A stretch of DNA of 64,000 nucleotides from Trichoplax adhaerens (taxonomy: Eukaryota > Animalia > Placozoa), in NCBI RefSeq assembly GCF_000150275.1, contig NW_002060952.1, positions 1,416,452 through 1,480,451 of the forward strand, given 5' to 3'. Below, piece by piece: positions 39,996 through 54,000 of this stretch. The notes below the pieces were generated by a model, which made no database searches, was not told the origin of the DNA, and was given only the letters and a program-made list of their open reading frames with translations. The stretch's first letter is position 1. Every line of letters begins with the position of its first letter. A program made the position numbers and the translations under genes.

Positions 39996-42900
39996 GATAA
40001 TTTCGATGAGAAAATGTTATGGATAAATATATTACACTAGTTCCTAGATTTTCTCTTACTTTTGCGGTTATCCATCAGTAGAAATAAATAAATCTGAATA
40101 ACGGAAAAATTTTTATGTACAGCTACCATCCAAAGGATTTTATAGTTTGCTTATAACTGCTTTAGTACTCTCACTTTGACCTGATATTCAATTTGCTATT
40201 GAACACTTAATTCGATTTTCATATTATTTATTAACATAGCCAGCAAGTAATTTTGCTGATGACATAATATTGAATACGGTATAATTTGATACCATAGCCG
40301 ATAACTTAAATTGCTTATTGCTTGAGGACAACATTTCTTAAAACACAATGTTGAAGCTTTTATAGCAATTGAGGCTGAAATAACTATTACTAGCTGTTGG
40401 GTGTTGGCTATCTTACATGTTAACATTGATTGTGTTTCTGTTTACGATGAATTAATCAAGAGGAATTTCATGTCTAGTTAATCACATTTACTAGAATAGT
40501 GGTTAGGACAAGGTGCAGCATTGGAAATTCCATCAATTCAATACGTCAATTCGTTGGTGTATTAGAAATGGCATAAAATACAGGCTATCTAGGCGACTAT
40601 AAGGAGACGGAATAGAGCAGATAATATTGAACTTCCTCATAAATCAAACATTTTTGGCTCTTTCGTCTTTGCTGATATAAAATTGGTTCAATGCATGATT
40701 GGTATATTCTATAGCAATTTTAACAGTTTATGACTATCTAGACAGATAGTTCCATCGATATTTGGACATCGAGTGAGTTCAGTAAACCTACTCAATAGCT
40801 CGATGAACGATTCGATAGCAGTACCGATTATACTATCATCGTTTTCTCCATAGTGTAGGATTTTTCCCGTTCTGTGTAAGTGAACTTATTGTTAAGATAT
40901 ACCTGTATGTAACTAGATGAACGCAAATAAACTCATCTTTGTATCTTGTTCCTTTAGTCCAAACTCAAAGCCAACGACTGTTCTATAACGAGATTTCCTT
41001 TAGAAGTGGATGAATAATCTACTGGTGTATTATTTGGCATCAATCTTGCTTTTGCACCTGATTTCTCAAAGGTATCTGTCTTTATTAACGAGCTACTTTG
41101 CTACTCTACCAATACATTGCCATTGGCTTTATGGCATTTTAATGTGCTGTATTGATGAAACTATTTATATTATCTTTATTATGTGGAGATTTTACTAGCT
41201 TATGCATGCCTATCGGTTTCTTTCTGACACAGCCAAGCGCTAAACTTGGTTGAGATTGTAAAATGAAGATTTGTTATACGTATTTTCTTTATATGAAGAT
41301 TTTACCAGCTTATGTATGGCTATTCGTATCAATCTGACTCTAATATTCGTTCAATTTGGTTCAATTTGTAAAGTGAATTTCCTTCTTTTGCTAAATAGCT
41401 AGCGATCATTCCTGAGGCCACTACATACATTGAACTGGGTGATATTTAATAGCAAAAGGAACGTATTAAGATTTCCGCTGCATAATCTCATTTACTGCTG
41501 TCTATCTTTGATCACTGTAGATGCCATTTTCAGATTATCAATTATACATTACGGCTACACATGGCTGTATTTGTACAATCGGAATTGTATAAGAAAATGG
41601 TTTCTATCGATATTGCTGACAAACAAAAGTGAATGGCTCAACCAGAACCAAAAAGTAAACCTGCATCCTCGAAGTTTCTAGTCTTACAGTGCACAACAGT
41701 GGTTATTATCCACCCGGGAGGTGATGGATACCATTTGCAGTAATAGTTTAATAGTATCCTATAAATGTCGCGAACACTACTATACTTTTGAGTTATAACT
41801 TCAAGATGAGTAATCTATTCTGGATACGACTTCATGCAGGTATATAAAATGTATTTTGACAACACCATTCAACTTGCTTGGTTAGAAAACAAATCACGAT
41901 CAGTTTCATTTCAAATGGATCCTATTATTGGCAATTCGCGAAAGCGTCGTGAGCGATAGAAACTGCCGGATATGGTAGCTTTTAGTTGCATCAAAAATAA
42001 TCATTTATTTTTTCTACAATGTAATTTGTATCCGTCGGACTCATTTGTAGAATATATGGTTTTGATTATGTTCTGGAAAGATCAATTGGAATTTGAACTC
42101 ATTCCGAGGGATGGTATGCCTTAGGTTGTCTGCTCATAACGAGCAGAACAGTAGTATATTAAAGCAAGGCGAATGTAGGGTGGTCGACTATTATTATTAT
42201 TAATTACCTCCTAGACTATTTCATAATTTTAAGTAGGAGCTTTGACCGTATCATATGGTATCTAGCCGTAGTAAAATAATATTTTTTTCAGCCTGCGATT
42301 TCCTAGTACTAGTAAGTGCTCATAAAGGTGAGAGGGGGATGCAAGGCATCACAGGTTGTAAGATAAATAAACTATTAAATTTTCTTTTCCATCGGATGTA
42401 CAGTACTTTGAAATCAATTTGATGCTATCGGCGAAATAGGCGGAAGCAAGAGCCAAAAGTTCCGGATTGATTATGCATCATTTCGCTTAATATGCGAGCA
42501 TTATATAAAGGAGGGTTAGCTATTACCATACAAGGAGCAAAATCTTCTACTGCCCATTAAATTGATCAATTTAGTCATGGCCTTTTACTATAGGAAATTT
42601 TGTTCCTTATTTTGACATGCTAACTGGCTCCCTTTTCTAATCCAATATTAATTTGGTACTTTAATAGCATTGACATCCATCCTTTTTTTCCGTTTTATAT
42701 TACTGAATTTGAGCATTCCTTTTTCCATCTGTTTATTTTTGTTTATCCATTCTAACTAACTCGAAGATATTTATTTGTTTTGCTCCATTAGGGCCAAGCC
42801 CGTCTAATCACAAACACTATATAAAACGCTGCAAAACAATATACTTGCGAGTGTCTTTTAACAGAAATCGCGGTACAAGAAGTTAAATTTTTCTGATTGA

Positions 42901-44063
42901 GCTTTTAAGACATCTCCAGGTTGAACGCATTTTAAAAAAAAAGAAATTTCATTTTTTTCGGTTTTATAGACTATCCATTCTTGAAGCAGCCTGATTTTAT
43001 TATCCATTTGGATTTAGCCGCACAAGTAGTACTGGCTTCCGCGATGACTTAGGCCGCTAATCGACAAAGATTAGATCATTCCAACAATATTTTTATACGA
43101 GGATGATGACGATGTATTCTCTACAAGCATATTACTTAGACTGATCGATTAACTGGTTGATAATATTTATTAAATCAAAATTAAAACGATTCATGTAATG
43201 CTATGAGTCTATTTAGCCTAGGCATCTTTCGTTGCAGTTTGCCAATTGTCTAATCTGATTCTGTCTTTGATCTATTTGCTTACTTTTAAAAGGCTTCAAG
43301 GTTTTAAATCAAACTATTTTAAATGTGCTTGTGTTGGCAAGTATTGATATCCTAAAGTTAAATTAGACCGCTGCTATACTTAAATGGAAAATCGAAGTAA
43401 GTGCGCATAGATTTGATACTATAGAGACTAAAGCTCGGCCTGTTTTAAAAAATAGAAGATAGCTTCAACAGTGTTCGAACTAATATACCATGTTTAAAAC
43501 TCTTAAATTTAATTTTTTTCACTTATACAATTTGTTTAAGTATCGTACTTGTTTTTGCTAAGCTAAAAGTATAAAAATATTATTTATTAAGTCGTTAATC
43601 GGCATTGAGGAATGTTAAAGACGTTTCGTTCAATCCGTAAGCTTTCTCGAACTAAAAATAATTAATAATCAATACCGGTACATAAACAACATTTCGGAAG
43701 GCTTTATGTTACTGATCGATATCAATAATTAAAACACCCTGATCCCTCAGCCTGTGTAAGTTCAAGTTTCCATCCCTATTTTGATAGGCTTTCGGATCAG
43801 ATTTGAATTGCTATCAAAGTCATGAAAATGCTTATAGCTTGATTAATTTAGCTATCAGCTTTTGTACGTGTTATTACAATCATGATTTATTCTCTTGAGA
43901 TGCTTTATGATCAATAGACCCAATCTTTAACTAAATCCTCTTTTCAGTAAATGTCATTTGCATAACCTTTCTAAGGTTTTGTCTAAAAATGGCTCCGTCC
44001 TCACTCTAACCTTTTTACACCCAATAACATCTGCCACCTACCTTCAAGATGATGAGTAAGAAG

Positions 44064-44773
44064 TGTATTGAAATGTAAAATGTAGAGATCAAGCTACAAA
44101 ACTTTTAACAAACTTTGATTCTCCTTTCGTGGCACTATGGTCGATTTAACGAAACTTTGACACCAAATAAAAATTGGGGTAACAACCGAACAACAATTTA
44201 TTAAAAAATGTGAGAGAGATAGATCAAACAACCTTTCAGATACTTAATTCTAAGTATTCTAATTGAAGAAATAAAAACGACAGAACTAAAACTGTCCACA
44301 ACCAAACAACCTAACCAAAGAAGAAAGTTTTCACTTACAATAATTCGACCCCGAATTATCCAAAGATTTATATGACAACTATGACTACTTTTCTGACGTT
44401 AGCATTGACAGTTGGTGTTTTAGCACGAATTTGTACGGTAACTGCACGATTTTACCATACATTACAGTACTTTACTGTCATGTTATAAATCTCCTTTCTC
44501 TATGTATAGGGCTTTGTTACCGAGTCAAATTTATTTACAATCTTAATAGACTATCAAACACCCTTTCTTTAGATTAGGTGATTGCTCTTAGGTCATTCCT
44601 ATAGTAATCTATATAGAACCTTGTAAAATAGCGAAGAAGAAAGGATGGCGATATCATGATTTGGCAGGGTAAAACTTGAAGATATTATCACTTCCTAGGT
44701 ATTTTCTATACTGAAGTAATAATAGTTTCATACTAGAAGCTATAAAGGACTCCGTTGTTAGTCCTTTACTACA
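44064..44773 (+). mobile_element. Solo-LTR-like element family A, copy 2 (710 bp, internally deleted), 4-bp TSD GAAG
   Basis: gaag|TGTATTGAAATG...TTTACTACA|gaag. Colinear with 29336-30619, except that about 29636-30225 is replaced by roughly 30 nt. Confidence 0.8.
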
Positions 44774-44827
44774 GAAGAAACAAAATTCTTGCTCTTTTTA
44801 AACTGTCCCTACCTTCGAATATTTAGG

Positions 44828-44990
44828 TGTCATGAAATGAGAATCAAATTTCATAAACGTCTATAAAACGATGATTCTATTTCGGGCACTCCGGTCGATT
44901 ACACAAATCTTCGACACTAAATAAGTTGAGGAAACAAGTTAGCAAACTTATAGAAAAATTATACCACCAAACAACTTTATAATAAAGAAA
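44828..44990 (+). mobile_element. More diverged 5' fragment related to LTR family A
   Basis: TGTCATGAAATG...tgattctatttcgggcactccggtcga...gacactaaataa matches the start of copies 1 and 2. No 3' end or TSD found. Confidence 0.55.
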
Positions 44991-47459
44991 TTAATTTGAT
45001 CTATAAGTAACAACATGAAAATTTTGGTAAGCTAAGAAAACCATAGCCACGTACGCTTCCATACGATACAAAACCAACTATCAAAGGCGCGTCTAATCCC
45101 TCATGAAATATTTCATTTTGTTGATGAACCTCATTGACTCCTTAATAAATGATAGAGTTAAGGTTAGATCGATTGATGATGAGTTATACAAAACCTCTTG
45201 GATTATTAGTCCCAAAATCTTTTAAAGGAACGCTCCACACCGTGTGCGCGCCGCCGCACGTGCCATCTTTGCTAAGGGACCATGCTCTCTAAGTTGGATG
45301 GATTTGAACAAACGACTCGAAAATACTTTATAGGCGAATGAAAATAGAGTAATGAGTCTATATTCGAGTGTTTATTATTTTAATAATAAGTTGAGCAGAT
45401 ACTGATTGTGGCTGTCCAGGTGATTCTTGGACGAAAACCGACTTAAAAAATCACTGTTCTGTTTCTATTTCCTATCAGAATTTCTCTTGTCTATGATTTT
45501 AATTTTTAGAATCAGTCTAATAGATTCTATCTATTTATATATTTTATATTTAATTTATTCATGCCAGTATTCGTATACCCGTGTATAGGCAAGCAGCCTA
45601 ACAGACTGAATTTGAATAGTATGCTGTATAGTAAAGGGCCAAGCACTGTTTAAACTAACATTATTAATATATGATTACATTGGAATATTTTCTCATTTCG
45701 TTTCTAGAAATAAAGTAGGTAAATACTGATATTTGCTATTGAATGTAAATTATAAAATGGAAACTTATTCTACAATTTGTTATAAATATGAAATCTTACC
45801 AAGTATTTGAAATAAAAATTTTAAAGTTTACTATAAGACAAGAGCTGGGTGTGTAAATTTTCCTGTTTAGTCTTGGCGATATCGAAATTTAGTGCCGATG
45901 TTGTCAAATGCAATTTAAATAAATTTAGAGCTAGTCGCATAATTTTAAATTTTAGGACCGTAATAACTTTGTCCTAAAGAATAATAATTCATTAAAGGCA
46001 CATTATCTGATTTCTACTTTAGTATACAATTTATCAATCTTAGAAATTCCGATAGTTTGTGAATCATTTATTCAAAAAATTGAATGTCGAATACTGCTGT
46101 TAGCATTCCAACGAGTTACAGGTTGTCGATTTAACAATGAAAACTAGCAAATTTATCAACTATTGCTTAGTCATTGCATTTCTACTAGCTTATTCTCACG
46201 ATTAACCTTGATCTGCATCAATATTAGTTAATAAAGTCCTGATTTACTTTAAAAATCAGAATTGCATTTACTCCTACTTGCAAACTTTTCAAATTTAGCT
46301 AATAGCTAGAATAAATCAGTAGAGACCACAACTAAAGTTATAGTTTAGGCGTATCATTAATTTTAAAAGTATGATTACAACCATGAAATAGCTGATTAAT
46401 TAATTAACCCTTCATGCTCGATCTAAATCTTTTTAATCTTGATGAAGTACGACCATAAGTTACTGCTTAATCTAATGTCAATAAACTTCCGGGAGAATGG
46501 TACTCAAGTTGAGGCTAAACATTCATTAATATTAAATAATTGTTTAATCCAATTCTTGCTGTAGAATATTTAATTGGCGTATTATTTTATTCGGCTTCCA
46601 TTTTGCTCGCCTAATACTGTTTCATTATTTTGCATATCTAGATTAATCATTGGTAATAAAGGCATTTTAATTAATATTTTATAACCTGATGAGAAGTAGA
46701 ATAAATTGCCGTTGTTCACTATGAGCTACAAAGTAGAAAATTTATACCCTTTGAACACCAATTTGGAATGAAATAACTTTTGTTATATGCTGGACATCTA
46801 TTTATTTTAGGTAATAGTTTATATTAACCATAAAATTTTATCAACTGGATCCAAGCGACTAAAGGTGGACATACTCGTATAGTTCTTCCTATTCCATTTT
46901 ATCTGAGTATAAATTGTCTATTAAAGCTTATATATTAGAGATACTTATTTCAATAAATCACTAATTACTTCTGCGGCTAGATAATTTCCAACGAGAAATA
47001 AATACAGTTATAATACCTATTCGTATACCTAGGACTAGATCAAATCAAATTTATTCGATATTTAAGTTCAATATTAACTTATGCAGTTCGTTAATTGTTA
47101 GATTGCAGTTAATAAACGCAGTCGTATGATAATTAGATGCCTGAATGGCTGTCTATATAGATACGTTAACATTTTTGTGCGAGCGGGTATGCAGTAGACA
47201 AAAAAATTGGTAGAAATTTCAAGCGGGCAAAATATTTAGCCAAATGCAGGACTCTGCCGTCTAGGATAGATTTAAAACTGGAACAGATATAACCTTATTT
47301 TTCTAATCATCTAATTGACGATTGGTTTACCAGCTTTTATCATATAGTAGTACAATTATTATGTTCTCAGCTGTACTACGATCATCGTGGTGGAAAGTTA
47401 CTTTAGCATTATGCTATGGATTATACTATATTGCACATTAATTTTAATATCGGTGATAA

Positions 47460-47880
47460 TATATTACAACATCAGAAATGTAATTTAAGTTACTCTTGAT
47501 GAATTGGTCAGGTGAATATGTTTTATTAAAATGGATGTCAAATTTATCCAACTAGGTTTACTTGTAATATTGATAACAGCTAATAGTAGTAATAGTAATA
47601 GTGATCGTAATTAATGATTTAATACAGCATCAGAAAGGCAAATTTGAATTACTCTTGATAAATTGGTTAGGTGGGGACGTGTTAAACAAATAGATATCAA
47701 ATTTGTTAAACTAGATATTATTGATGATATTGATAATAGTTAATAGTAGTAATAGTAACAGTAATTGATACTGTATTACAGCATCAGAAAGGTAGTTTGA
47801 ATCACACTTGATAAATTGGTTAAATGAACATATTTTATATCAATAGATATCAGATTTGTCGCACTAAATTTATTGGTTAT
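47460..47880. repeat. Diverged tandem repeat, about 155 bp x3
   Basis: aca.catcagaaa.g...cttgat.aattggt at 47467/47624/47778. Confidence 0.78.
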
Positions 47881-48667
47881 CCCGCAGAGCTATAGCTGCA
47901 CTTAGTTTACCAGTAGATACCATCGAAGTACGACTAATAGGATTTTGGGATAACAGTCTGTTGGATAAGACCGTCCTTCTCTACAGGTTATGAAAGCACT
48001 ATTTGGAGTCATTCTTCAGACTGAAATGGAATAGTTTTATTCTGTTTTATTTATTAGTTTTATATCCCTAAATACTATTTGATGCAAGTAATATTAATCT
48101 CACAGTTCAATGACTTCAATCGTAAATTGAGTACAGAAGGCGTTTACATTTTAGTTAACATCGCAGAATAAATGAAACGACGTGTTATAAAATTGGGCTT
48201 TATTTCCGGACATAGGTACTTTTACCGTCATTAAATTGAGGTGATTTGATCACCAGATATTCAAAATGATAAAAATAGACTATATAAGATCTATTTAATT
48301 CAAGATACCATTAATACAAATTTTTTGTAGACATGAAAAATCGTAATATTTGATAATTCTAAATCCTTTCATGGAATATGCATAACCAAAGTCCATTTGA
48401 AATAATAAATTAATTATCAGATATACGAATTATAATAATTATCATGGTAGCAAATGACTATTATTATTTACTATATATGTTAAGCATGGTGTAGCAGCAC
48501 CATTGAGAAGCGAATCGACTGGCTTAATCGATCCTGAATAGGTTAGTACCTTCTCGCCTAGAGTTGAAATAATAAGGCTACTCAACAGTATTGCCCAGCG
48601 TTTAGAAGTATTTTCGTAGCAATTTCTGAGTTCAAGTTTCCAAAAGTTGAAAAATTAGTCCGTTGTT

Positions 48668-51600
48668 TTAATTGCTTGATGTTTCACCATTGGTTGGCAA
48701 CCGAAATTGAACACTATAATTCGATCTCGGTCGATTTCGATTACGCGGGCTCTTCATAATTGAGCTTACAACAATGCTATTATCCTTAACGGTAGCGATG
48801 CTATTATTAATTTCAAGGGTATGATTATCCAACCGCTGTGATGCTGAATGCCTTTTTGGTCTAGAAGAATAATTAATGCTAAAGATTTTCGATTCTATTT
48901 CTTTTGGAGTCACAGAAGGTGATTTATTACCCCCATTTTCTCGAGATGCATTATGTAAATGATGTTGTCTTGTAATATTTTCGTTTGATAATTTAGCTGT
49001 CTTAATTGATGATGAAGAAAGACGATTACTTGGACTGGTGGTCCTATTAATTTTTGTCTCATTATGCAGATTGTCATCCGGTAAAATTTCATCTTGTTTT
49101 TCCTGCTAGGAGTAGATATACATATGAACAAGATTATTACTGAGTAAAGAAATATATGAATATGATGTAGTAAATGAAAGGAAGATGAGAGAACTTACTT
49201 CGACTTGTTGCTTGCATTTTTCTTCTATTTTAGCTTCCTTAATATGAGACTATATGGAGAGAAAATTTTGTCACAAGTCTAAGCTAGTTATCGATTGGTA
49301 ATAAACGTATAAATTACATTAACTATACAGTTTCAGCCCTAATCATAAAAAGTTTAACCGTAATAACCCCTTATATTCAATTCAACTTGCAACTTACGGG
49401 AGGAGAATGCGAAACTAATTCTTCTAGTGATAATGGTTGCCATGCTTGCTTATTTTTAGCATTATTTCCATTTAACATGTTTTCTTTAGATTGGTGTAAT
49501 TTCGATTGATGGCCATTAACACAAATATGATAGCCATCGCCTTGATCGAGATAGCCGAGTAGAATTTGCTGTCCTTCTTCGACTTTGTAGAACTTATCAA
49601 CGTAATGGCCTAAAAGAGGCGTCGAATCTCGGCTGCTAAGCTCGTCATATAGCACTAATTAGAAGGAGAAATTCAGTAATCCTGTATTAGTCAATAGCTG
49701 AGATAAATTTTTATGACCTAACTAGTGTTAGTTGTACTTGATTCTACTACGTATAAGATTATCTTACACTTGAAAAGAAAGATGGAAAGAATTAAATTAT
49801 CGTGACCAGCAATCGCTCTGTTAAATCAATTCTTGATATGAAGTATTATATCAAGTCTATTCCGTGAAGTGTAGTTATTCACTTCCTAAGTATTATTGCA
49901 GTACCTTGGTTAACATCTGCTGATTTGTTATAATCGCTGCTATGTAGATAAGTAATCCAAGGCCGATGATGGTCCATGCCATGTTTTGGTGGTAAAGGCT
50001 CCCCAGGTACAATAGGTGGCTTAATGGTATGTTCCAAGAGAATATTATCTTCAACTTCTTTAACAGCTTTCACTGAATGCCTACGCAATGGCTCATCATA
50101 CAGAAACTTTAATCTTTGCGCTCTTATGCTTTTCATTCTTGTAGCAGAAACTCCATCAACAGTTTGAGGGCGTTGACGAGGTGCTTGATTTTTTAGGTTC
50201 GATGGTGAAGTTTGTACGGTAGGCAGGCAAGAATTGGTTGACGATAATGAAGCTAAGACAGAGATACCATGTTATAATTTATCCTTCAGGTTTATTTCAT
50301 TATGACAAGATTTCATATCGAGTCAAATCAAGGAGAAAAATAATTGCTCGATAACTTACGACTAGTTTTAGGACGTGGAATTTTAATAATTAGCGAATTT
50401 AACGAAATGGAATGAGAGTGATGAAGTGGTAGCTTTTCCGGTATTACAGCATCTGGTTAATTTAGGAGAAAATATTTTTACTTTAATATCTGATCTAAAT
50501 ACCGAATTATGTTAATTTTTATAAACTATTAACAGTAAACCAATAACATAAGTTCAAAATTTGTAAAGATCAAATACAGATGATGCTAATGAACTAAATT
50601 CATTCTAAATGCATACTAGCCAATAGCTATGATATATGCCATAGATTTCTGTAGATAGTAAAATATTCTTATTACAATATTATATAGCAGATATAACCAG
50701 TAGTAATATAAGAAATGACTTCTGAACTGATTTTATTCTGAATATATGCTAGCCAATAACTATGAGATATGTTGTAGATTTCTGTAGATTGTACAATAAT
50801 CCTGTAATAATATCATATACCAGTTATGCAATTATGGTAATATAAGAAATGACCTCTGAATTGATTTTATTCTGAATACACACCAGCCAATAAATATGAG
50901 AAATGTTGTAGATTTTTGTAGATTATACAATATTCCTATTATATTGTTATATGCCAACTAGTAGTAATAGTGGTAATATAAGTAATGACTTTAATTGTTA
51001 GGATCATCAAGCAAAGAATCGGCAAGGTTTACCTGATTGATTGTTAGTGTTGTTCCTATCTTGGCTGAGCTTGCCTAATCTCCTAGGACTTTTGATTCTA
51101 ACAAGATTCAATATAAATTTTTCTTTTACACAACGATATCGATGACTAATTCAAGACGACGGTGCGTATGTAATTCTATAAGTCTTAATATTAACCATCC
51201 ACATCAGAATTAATATTACAAATAATCATTTTTTGCGATTGGAAAGATCTCGAATACTAGTCGAGTCTACTTTCCTGTGAATGCTAGTAAAAGTCATTCA
51301 AGTCTCAGATTATACTAGAAAAGGACTTAAATTATAATAAACTGTAACAAGTAAAGAATTCGAGGCCATACTATAGAAGATTTTTCAATCTCCTATTAGT
51401 AAACCTTCAATTTCATGAAGTTTAACCCATTAAATTACTTTAAATTTTCAGTAAATGTATAGCCATAATTTTTCTTATCGTACTTTAAAATATTAAATTT
51501 ATTCATTGCTGGCCACGTTATACGTATGGTAATGCTCTTAGATTGGCATTAAGATTTGCTTACCTTGAATTCGGTCGTGGAGTCCAGATCGTTTCAAACT

Positions 51601-52681
51601 TTTTAATCGCATCGTCATTATCACTCAGATTTCGATTTAATTTCTGCACCAATTCACTCTATTAATAAGATAACAGTTATAATTCAATTATTGTAGCATG
51701 ATAAGCTAATTATTACTAATTTAACTTAGATCTCAGAGGGATGTATACTATAATAGCTTAGTGAAGTCCTTTAGCGTCATGTAAATGGTGATCATGATAG
51801 CAAAGAACGATGTAATATCATCTTCTGGAAATTACAAAGAATTGTTAACGATAATATTTATAAACTCGATATTTATCAATAGCAAATTTAATTCTGTCTA
51901 GACGAAGTGGCATAATTTTAATTCGTCATAATATGCCACAATAAAATAATCTTTTGTATCCTTAAAGACACAAATTCAAACATTAACTAACCTAAAGTAA
52001 AGTAATATTGCAACACTGTTCAATAGTAAATCGTAATGAATTAAGGAGGTTATGAATTATTAGACTCAATTTATCATGTTTATTTGCCTTTGATATCAAT
52101 TTTTAACCATCTAGTTCTGTCAAATCAGCAACATTACTATTTTTCGACAAATTTGATTTGTTATAGAAAACTAGTAACATCGATTCCAGGATAGACCGTA
52201 ACAGTATCATATTCAAATAGAACAGGAAGTAAAAGAAATGATTCATTGGTTTATTGCACGGACTGCATTCGTCTGCTTCGGTTTATGAATGCAGTAGCGG
52301 TTATAGTTCTTAATTATCTTTCTTACCCAATTAGAGATTAAAATTTGTATTGATTGCCAATAACTAACTCAGTCGATATAAGTGTGTTAACTATTTAATA
52401 AATTTAAACTTTACTATCTTGCTCATTTACGGGAAAAATGAAATACTCAGAGGGATTTAAACAAGAAACTAAAGTCAAAATGGATATTAATTGAAAATTT
52501 TCCTTACCTTTTCATGATTATGAAGGACTTTTTTAGTGCTAGGAGCAAAATTTTTCATAAATAAGTGACTTCGTAACGTTACAGATGTATGCGGGCGTTG
52601 AGGTTGCACTTTATTGGAGAGGGATATTACTACAGGTGATATTTCGACCGGATGGCGGTTTATGCCTTCTCGTTTCTTCAT
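48668..52681 (-). CDS. Uncharacterised low-complexity S/N/K/P-rich protein, about 514 aa, 9 exons
   Basis: Phase-consistent exons 52681-52508, 51658-51564, 51097-51033, 50452-50360, 50252-49905, a 24-nt micro-exon near 49723-49746, 49654-49398, 49249-49199, 49105-48668 (1545 nt, no internal stop). No domain recognised. Confidence 0.7.
50600..50990. repeat. Intronic diverged tandem repeat, about 133 bp x3
   Basis: agccaata..tatga.a.atg at 50618/50751/50885. Confidence 0.78.
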
Positions 52682-53157
52682 GATTAAGGTACTTCCAAAT
52701 TGAAATAACGCAGTAAAATCTCAATGACTGTTTAAGCAATTCTAACTCTGTTCAACATACTAAGGGGTGGATTGAAAGCAGCGCTGACAATAGGTTGCTT
52801 CCTCTTTCCTCTGAGTTAAATCGAGGGAATAATTTTCATTTGCATTAAGAAAGCGTCAGCTACTGTAGTAGTCTCCAATTTACTGCCTGGTTGAAATAAT
52901 AATTGGCTCTTTATTCCATTTTATCATTCTTGTCAATATTATTCTTGAAAATTCCTTACTTCTACCACCAATCCGATAATCGATTATACAAAAATCTTAA
53001 CGTTTGACTTAGACTAGCTTTGATTTGCCCAAATTATTCAATTTATTGTCTATGTATGAATTTTATTTTACAAATGGTTACTCTAATATCAATAATTCAG
53101 GGCGAGTGTTGCGTAAAAGTACCATTTTATTCGGTAAATAATAATCAATGCACTAAA

Positions 53158-53171
53158 GTTGCCATAGCAAC
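53158..53171. promoter_or_regulatory. RFX X-box motif GTTGCCATAGCAAC
   Basis: Near-perfect match to the X-box palindrome GTTGCCATGGCAAC, about 480 bp upstream of the ATG at 52681 (minus-strand gene). Confidence 0.65.
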
Positions 53172-53509
53172 GTTCTAGTGAATCGGATCACACTAGAGCA
53201 CCGCTATACAAAAGTATATTCTGCATGTGGATTTCTATATAATACAGCACTCGTGTATTCTCCCTTTAGAATATAGACAGCTTTCTAAGCTTTATTTTAG
53301 CCCATTTATGTTTGATAAACATAGAACAACTAGACTTCGGCATTGAGATACCACCTGTAGTTTGCTTTATAACTCTGTTGTACTATGGGAGATACTGAAC
53401 GTAAATAAAATACAAACTAATGTTATAATAAATGATTACAACAATGTTATTTGAAACAGATAAAGTTTAGAACTCTAAATAGATAAAATGTTAGCCGGGA
53501 TCTAGTTAC

Positions 53510-54000
53510 ATAATATCTTGAGCTTTTGTAGTAAAGGCTACAGTGGTAAGCCTCTACAAAATTGGCCAGATGAAGGTGTATTGCATGCGTATGTACGATT
53601 GATTAATTAATTAGTCAGCCTTATAACCAATAGAACTGTTGTGCCGGTGGATAGGCTTTTCTATGTATTCCTTCGCATATAATATACAGAATTAATCAGA
53701 AAACGCCTATAAGTGTATTTTTACTTTATTCATAATCTCAAATTCGTATCGTTTGGATCTTGTTGTACGAGTGTGATGTTATATAATATTTTAAGCTTCT
53801 TAATAGAAACCATAATGTTAAGCCGCTGCAAAATTGGCCATATGAGAGTGTATTGCATGCGGATACACGATTGATTATAACTATTCAGCTTATAGTAAAT
53901 GAAACTATGGCATCGATAGATAAACTTTTTACTGCTTTCTTTAGCACATGATTTAACAAATTGATCTGAAAACGCCCATATGTGTATTTTCTCTATGTTT
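53510..54000. repeat. Diverged tandem duplication, about 273 bp x2
   Basis: caaaattggcca..gtgtattgcatgcg..cgattgatta..aaaacgcc at 53556 and 53829. Confidence 0.72.

Noticed and set aside
40690-41800. Short coding-looking stretches (e.g. TGKILHYGENDDSIIG on -, 83-aa ORF on + continuing past a TAG)
   Set aside because: Could not be joined into a consistent gene model or matched to a family. May be a decayed pseudogene but is unsupported.
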